DNA from: a bacterium
GTDB taxonomy: Bacteria > Patescibacteriota > Patescibacteriia > UBA9934 > GWF2-40-263
Assembly: GCA_020057555.1 (NCBI GenBank)
Contig: JAGVFR010000013.1
Coordinates: forward strand, 1-61,715
Direction: 5' to 3'
DNA: 61,715 nucleotides
Shown in pieces: positions 57,342-61,715 of the stretch. Below the pieces are notes generated by a model. That model was not told the DNA's origin. It worked only from the letters and a program-made list of their open reading frames with translations, and made no database searches. Each line of letters opens with the position of its first letter. The stretch's first letter is position 1. The position numbers and the translations under genes were made by a program.

Positions 57342-57419
57342 CGGAGCCGAGTTGAACTATGTCGTAGGGAACAGCGGCGACAGTCCGATGGCCCGGAAAC
57401 ATAGTTCAACTCGGCTCCG
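57342..57419. repeat. perfect 20-bp inverted repeat directly upstream of hflX
   Basis: CGGAGCCGAGTTGAACTATG - 38 nt - CATAGTTCAACTCGGCTCCG; GC-rich. Confidence 0.7.
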
Positions 57420-57439
57420 GAAATCATTTCAATCATACC

Positions 57440-57468
57440 AAAAACCGCCCTTCGACTCGCTAGGGCGG
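57440..57468 (-). terminator. intrinsic terminator after hup
   Basis: Minus strand: CCGCCC-loop-GGGCGG followed by TTTTT. Confidence 0.65.
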
Positions 57469-57486
57469 CTTGGTTTTTCAAAAAAT

Positions 57487-57768
57487 TTATAGCACTGCGT
57501 CTTTTGCTTGCTTTGCAACGCGGAACTTCACGACTGTCTTCGCCGGGATTGAAATGCTCGCGCCGGTCATTGGGTTGCGACCTTGGCGTGCGGCTCGTTG
57601 TTTCTTAACGAGCTTACCAAGTCCTGGGAGGTTGAATTCCCCGCTTGTTTTGACCTCTTTATAGGCCAACTCAACGAACTTGTCCCATGCGTCAGAAGCC
57701 TCTTTTTTTGAAGCTCCCATCAACTCGGCCAATGTGTTAACAAATTGGCTCTTGGTCATTTTTGCCAT
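57487..57768 (-). CDS. hup: HU-family DNA-binding protein
   Basis: MTKSQFVNTLAE..., GRNPMTGASISIPAKTVVKFR. Confidence 0.95.
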   Translation of the reverse strand: MAKMTKSQFVNTLAELMGASKKEASDAWDKFVELAYKEVKTSGEFNLPGLGKLVKKQRAARQGRNPMTGASISIPAKTVVKFRVAKQAKDAVL

Positions 57769-57846
57769 AAGTGTAAAAAACTTAAGTTTTACTAGAGCAT
57801 TTTAACAGGGATAGATAAAAAAGGCAAGGGAATCAAAGAAAAAACG

Positions 57847-58227
57847 TCAATCTTTATGCACAGCGAACCATTCACCTGCTTTTTGAATGTCATCTTGAAT
57901 GATCTTTGCCATCTCGTCTTCCCCAGGAAATGGCACTAAATCCCTTATTTTATTGCATAAAACAACGTTCAGATGTTTTCCTGTAAGGTCTATCTCCTTC
58001 TGATTGAGTAGGTGAACTTCGATTTTTAGATGGTATCCTGTTCTCCCGTCATTTATGCAAATTAGCGATGGAAAGAGTATTCCTTCAAGTTCTGTATTTC
58101 CAACATAAACCCCAAGAGCGGGGATTACCGCGCCTTGCTCCACAGCTAAATTAGCTGTTGGACAGCCCATTCGTGTGGCCATTCCCTCCCCTTTTTCCAC
58201 ACGACCGCAAAAACACAATTCACGCAT
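57847..58227 (-). CDS. ribK: riboflavin kinase domain protein
   Basis: GRVEKGEGMATRMGCPTANL ... IEVHLL ... IRDLVPFPGEDEM. Confidence 0.75.
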   Translation of the reverse strand: MRELCFCGRVEKGEGMATRMGCPTANLAVEQGAVIPALGVYVGNTELEGILFPSLICINDGRTGYHLKIEVHLLNQKEIDLTGKHLNVVLCNKIRDLVPFPGEDEMAKIIQDDIQKAGEWFAVHKD

Positions 58228-58267
58228 ACTAATTTAATCTAGCAAATCACCTAACGTTTAGGCAAGT

Positions 58268-58434
58268 AGGATCGTTCTCAACTTACAACCTTCCTCTTTA
58301 GCCTCAAGCCAATCAGTCAATAACTTTAGGTTCACAAGAGACAGTTACGGGACGCTTTTTCTGCCTCTATTCGATGTATAAGGCCAAGAAAAAGTCGGCC
58401 CGTCTGTCTCTACTGGAACAAACGACAGGTTATT
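58268..58434. ncRNA. unclassified structured element, copy B (inverted relative to copy A)
   Basis: AGGATCG..CTTACAACCTTCCTCTTTAGCCTCAA...GGTTCACAAGAGACAGTTACGGGACGCTTTTTCTGCC...AAGGCCAAGAAAAAG..CCCGTCTGTCTCTACTGGAACAAACGACAGG aligns to the reverse complement of 25626-25796. Confidence 0.45.
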
Positions 58435-58911
58435 CTAAAAATTCTCCTTGATAAAACTCAACGCGCGTTTGAGAATTGGAATCATGTCTGGATAACTTGA
58501 TTGTTTCAAGACAGCGCTTATCGGCAACCACTTTGCATCAAGCGCGTGTTCTTTTGGATCTGGATGTAAATTCGCATTACCGGGTGTTTCAAAAAGAAAA
58601 AAATGAATGTCTTTGTGAATCAACTTCCCTTTTTTACTAAATTGATCGCGAAACCAAATATCAATTTGACCAAGCTCTTCAAGCAAACGAATCTGTTCAA
58701 GTCCAAGCTCTTCTAGTGTTTCGCGAGCCGCCGCTTCTTCAAGCTCTTCACCTTTTTCAACATGACCTTTTGGAAAGGTCCACTTTCCATACGAATCTTT
58801 CATCATCGCGATTAAAAGACGGCCCTTTGAACGTTTCAAAACAATTCCTCCTGCTGATTCTTCCTGTTCAACCGGTTCACGGTGTTTTATTTTCAGTTTT
58901 TTGTTCAACAT
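58435..58911 (-). CDS. NUDIX hydrolase
   Basis: Nudix box GHVEKGEELEEAAARETLEELGL. Confidence 0.9.
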   Translation of the reverse strand: MLNKKLKIKHREPVEQEESAGGIVLKRSKGRLLIAMMKDSYGKWTFPKGHVEKGEELEEAAARETLEELGLEQIRLLEELGQIDIWFRDQFSKKGKLIHKDIHFFLFETPGNANLHPDPKEHALDAKWLPISAVLKQSSYPDMIPILKRALSFIKENF

Positions 58912-60124
58912 AGGTACCTAAGATAACCTTGATCGCAACATCAAGTTGAGGATCAATTCCTTTTTTGAATTCTTCAATCGCAAACTGTATGACAATGTCA
59001 GGTGTGATTCCTGTTTCGTGAATCGTGCGACCTTTTGGCGTATACCAAGTTGCGGTTGTAACTTTCACAGCTGACCCGTCGCTTAATTCTCGATAATCCT
59101 GAACAGAACCTTTACCAAACGTTTGAGTACCGACAAGTTTAGCGACTCCGTAGTCCTGCAAAGCACCAGCAACAATTTCAGAGCCTGAAGCGCTTCCGCC
59201 ATTCACCAAAACAACTGTTGGAATATCAGCAAGACGTGCCGCGCTCATTCCTTTGAAGGTTTGCGCGTTTTCTTGTGCTTTTTCGATCACAACTGGTTGA
59301 TATCCAATCCAAGCCGATGCAACATCAATGGCTGAAGTGAGAAGTCCACCTGGATTACTGCGCAAATCAAGAATTATTCCACGAACATTTTTTGTAAGTG
59401 TTTCTTGAATCGCGTCCAAAAATAATTCAGCTGTGTCATCATTGAATGTTGAAATTGAAATTCGCATGATGTTGCTTTCATCAATCTTCCACTTCACTGA
59501 ATCAATAACAATTTTTTCGCGTGTGATCGTAATTTCTGTAAGTGAATCCAAACCATTTCGACTGATAGACATCTTAACTTGTGTTCCAGCGTCACCGCGA
59601 ATTTTTGAAACTGCTTCATCAACGCTCATACCAAGTGTTTCAACCCCATCAATCATCACAATCCAGTCGCCTGGTTGAATACCAGCACGAGCGGCAGGGG
59701 CATCATCAAGCGGAGCAACAATAACCAACTTTTCATCTCGAATTCCAATTTCTGCGCCTATCCCACTAAACGACCCGTTCAAACTCGAAATAAATTCCTC
59801 TGCGTCTTTTGGATCAAAATAAACTGAATATGGATCGCCGAGTCCTTCAAGAATTCCTTTGAGCGCGCCGTAATACAAATCCTCATCAGATACTGGCTGT
59901 TTGTAATATGAAGTTTTTGCAAAATTCCAAACATCCCAAAATTGTTGAAAGTCAACTTTATCTTCGATTGCAGTTTGACCTTTAGATTCAGGAATCAGAT
60001 TTTGTGTTGAACGTGCGCCTCCGACAAAATATCCAATCACAAACGAAAACACGATAATAAGCGCGCTAAAAAGAAAAAGTACTGTGTGCGGGATATTCTT
60101 TTTTGGAAAAAAGATTGAAGGCAT
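58877..60124 (-). CDS. ctp: carboxy-terminal processing protease (S41) with PDZ domain
   Basis: PDZ PAARAGIQPGDWIVMIDG; catalytic region DLRSNPGGLL ... NGGSASGSEI. Start at MPSIFFPKK. Confidence 0.9.
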   Translation of the reverse strand: MPSIFFPKKNIPHTVLFLFSALIIVFSFVIGYFVGGARSTQNLIPESKGQTAIEDKVDFQQFWDVWNFAKTSYYKQPVSDEDLYYGALKGILEGLGDPYSVYFDPKDAEEFISSLNGSFSGIGAEIGIRDEKLVIVAPLDDAPAARAGIQPGDWIVMIDGVETLGMSVDEAVSKIRGDAGTQVKMSISRNGLDSLTEITITREKIVIDSVKWKIDESNIMRISISTFNDDTAELFLDAIQETLTKNVRGIILDLRSNPGGLLTSAIDVASAWIGYQPVVIEKAQENAQTFKGMSAARLADIPTVVLVNGGSASGSEIVAGALQDYGVAKLVGTQTFGKGSVQDYRELSDGSAVKVTTATWYTPKGRTIHETGITPDIVIQFAIEEFKKGIDPQLDVAIKVILGTYVEQKTENKTP

Positions 60125-60130
60125 GATAAA

Positions 60131-60167
60131 AAGTAGTATAGTAGAAAAGTAGCAAAGTAGCAAAGGG
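60131..60167. repeat. GTAGCAAAGTAG word repeat (family T)
   Basis: AAGTAGTATAGTAGAAAAGTAGCAAAGTAGCAAAGGG between the divergent ctp and PEGA genes. Confidence 0.65.
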
Positions 60168-60196
60168 AAGTGAATTCTGCTATTTTAGCATCGCCT

Positions 60197-61393
60197 ATGA
60201 AACCTAAATTCTGGAGACCATTATTATTCTTCATATTCGTCGTAGCGTTTTTGATAAGCGCTCCGATTGTTGTCTTATACACGGCCGGTTATCGCTATCA
60301 ATTTGGAGTTAATAAAATCGTACAAACTGGAATTTTGAACGTAACGTCTTTTCCTCGTGGCGCTTCAATTTTTGTTGATGACAAAAAACAAAAAGAAAAT
60401 ACACCGGCAGTGATTGACGATGTAATGCCTGGAAAACACAAAGTGCGTGTACAAAAAGACGGTTACACTTCTTGGAAAAAAACACTCGAAGTAATTAGCA
60501 AGCAAAGCACGTTTGCTAATGATATCGTTTTGTTTCTTGAGCAAGATATGGAATCAGAAACAATCACACTTAAAACAAACCCAATTATAAATCAATCAAC
60601 AAAACAATGGGCGTATATATCAGACGATGATTCTTGGGTTGAGGTTATAGTGAAAGAAAATTTTGACGCGCAACCAAAATCACTTTTGCGTTTACCAAAA
60701 CAAAAGTTAAAAACATATTCTATTGAATGGACAGATACAAACGAAATCAAGTTCATTGAAGAAATCGGAGCAAAACAAGCAACAACGCTTCTTAATGTTC
60801 AAACCGGTGAACAAAAACCATTTGATGAAAAACTGAATCGCTTCGCAATCAAAAATTTATCTGATAGAAGTGTTCTTTCTGTAAAAGACGAAAACGACAT
60901 TGCAATAATTATCGCTTATCTTCCGCTTGGCTCATATGTTTTTGAAAATTCTCCGAAGCCGTATCTTTTACTGAAGGACACCACGCACAATAGACTAATT
61001 CTTATTGATCCAACACAAACACAAGAACAGATACTTTTGAATGTTTCGGCAAGTCAATGGAATTGGTCGAGTGCTAGAAACGCATTGCTGTTTAGTGATG
61101 GGTTTGATGTTGCAGTATATTCCCCACTTTCGCATAAACAAGAAACTCTAACGCGCGTGAGTGAACCAATCAGTGGACTCAAATGGTATGAAAAGGGCTA
61201 TATTGCGGTTTTTGCTTCGAAAGAAGGTATTGCGGCTTTGGAACTTGATCAAAGATCACAAAAAAATAAAACGACCCTTGTTGAAGAGTCGTTTGTAAAT
61301 CAATTTTGGTTTGAGAATGGAGGAGAATGGATCGTGTGGACAGTTGAGAAGGATTCGGGAGTGGAAGTGGTGAGAAAAAGGTTGCAAAAATAA
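60197..61393 (+). CDS. membrane-anchored PEGA-domain protein
   Basis: TM helix LLFFIFVVAFLISAPIVVLY. PEGA domain SFPRGASIFVDDKKQKENTPAVIDDVMPGKHKVRVQKDGY. Confidence 0.75.
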   Translation: MKPKFWRPLLFFIFVVAFLISAPIVVLYTAGYRYQFGVNKIVQTGILNVTSFPRGASIFVDDKKQKENTPAVIDDVMPGKHKVRVQKDGYTSWKKTLEVISKQSTFANDIVLFLEQDMESETITLKTNPIINQSTKQWAYISDDDSWVEVIVKENFDAQPKSLLRLPKQKLKTYSIEWTDTNEIKFIEEIGAKQATTLLNVQTGEQKPFDEKLNRFAIKNLSDRSVLSVKDENDIAIIIAYLPLGSYVFENSPKPYLLLKDTTHNRLILIDPTQTQEQILLNVSASQWNWSSARNALLFSDGFDVAVYSPLSHKQETLTRVSEPISGLKWYEKGYIAVFASKEGIAALELDQRSQKNKTTLVEESFVNQFWFENGGEWIVWTVEKDSGVEVVRKRLQK

Positions 61394-61398
61394 AAAAC

Positions 61399-61485
61399 CC
61401 TAGCCATTAGCCACTAGCCATTAGCTTAAATAATTCTTTTTAATTCCTAACGGCTAACAGCAAACGGCTAACAGCAAACGGCTTT
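61399..61485. repeat. GCTAA-word palindromic repeat (family G)
   Basis: CTAGCCATTAGCCACTAGCCATTAGC ... CTAACGGCTAACAGCAAACGGCTAACAGCAAACGGC between convergent genes. Confidence 0.7.
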
Positions 61486-61487
61486 TT

Positions 61488-61715
61488 CTACAATTCCACA
61501 AAACTATTATCGCCGACAATTAATCTGTGTCCGCTTTTTGGATGAGTGCGTGTGTAATCAACGAGAGTTGCATTTAATCCGATCAAACTGTTTACAATTC
61601 TACGCGTTGTGTCAATCGTAGCTCCATCAAAAATAATTGAATGTTCAACTTCTGTTTGATTGATTTTTACATTATTACCGATCGCTGTGTATGGCCCGAT
61701 ATACGAAGAAGTGAT
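61488..61715 (-). CDS. sugar-phosphate nucleotidyltransferase, C-terminal left-handed beta-helix part (partial; 5' end outside the window)
   Basis: My own translation: ...YIGPYTAIGNNVKINQTEVEHSIIFDGATIDTTRRIVNSLIGLNATLVDYTRTHPKSGHRLIVGDNSFVEL*. It resembles long-form glucose-1-phosphate thymidylyltransferases. Not in the ORF track. Confidence 0.6.
   Translation of the reverse strand: MTSSYIGPYTAIGNNVKINQTEVEHSIIFDGATIDTTRRIVNSLIGLNATLVDYTRTHPKSGHRLIVGDNSFVEL

Noticed and set aside
25626-58434. The A/B pair as template and variable repeats of a diversity-generating retroelement
   Set aside because: Mismatches between the copies are not confined to adenine positions. Indels are present. Neither copy lies in a coding region, and no reverse transcriptase gene is in the window.
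58228-58434. FMN riboswitch upstream of the riboflavin kinase gene
   Set aside because: The minus-strand sequence lacks the conserved RFN core (for example GCCGACAGT...AGTCTGGATG). The same element also occurs next to pilD.

Overview
Compact, low-GC (about 40% by eye) bacterial chromosome segment. The gene set and style resemble a CPR/Patescibacteria-like organism; that taxonomic call is an inference. The backbone is mostly minus-strand housekeeping: rpoD, dnaG, lgt, gatCA, ligA, pilD-pilin-pilM, rnhA, maf, recJ, lepA, a VKOR/thioredoxin pair, dus, rimK, dnaX, a TraD-like ATPase, class II RNR nrdJ, rpmB, hflX, hup, ribK, a Nudix hydrolase and ctp. There are three tRNAs (Asn, Ser, Gln). About a dozen short, visibly GC-richer inserts interrupt the backbone. 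They carry accessory genes: a short serpin, a GGDEF protein, a two-domain cytidine-deaminase-like protein, a DUF218 protein, a C2H2 zinc-finger miniprotein, a Cys-rich secreted protein and several unknowns. These inserts use strong GGAGG-type Shine-Dalgarno sites, whereas backbone genes mostly lack one. Mobile or repeat content includes a frameshifted large serine recombinase abutting tRNA-Asn and a RAYT transposase flanked by REP hairpins. There are also at least three families of short word-repeat palindromes, several long GC-rich hairpins, and a ~170-nt structured element in two inverted copies 32.6 kb apart. No CRISPR array, rRNA or recognisable canonical defence operon was seen. The best candidates for something new are the serpin locus, the duplicated terminator-promoter-operator modules around the deaminase-like cluster, and the paired structured element.
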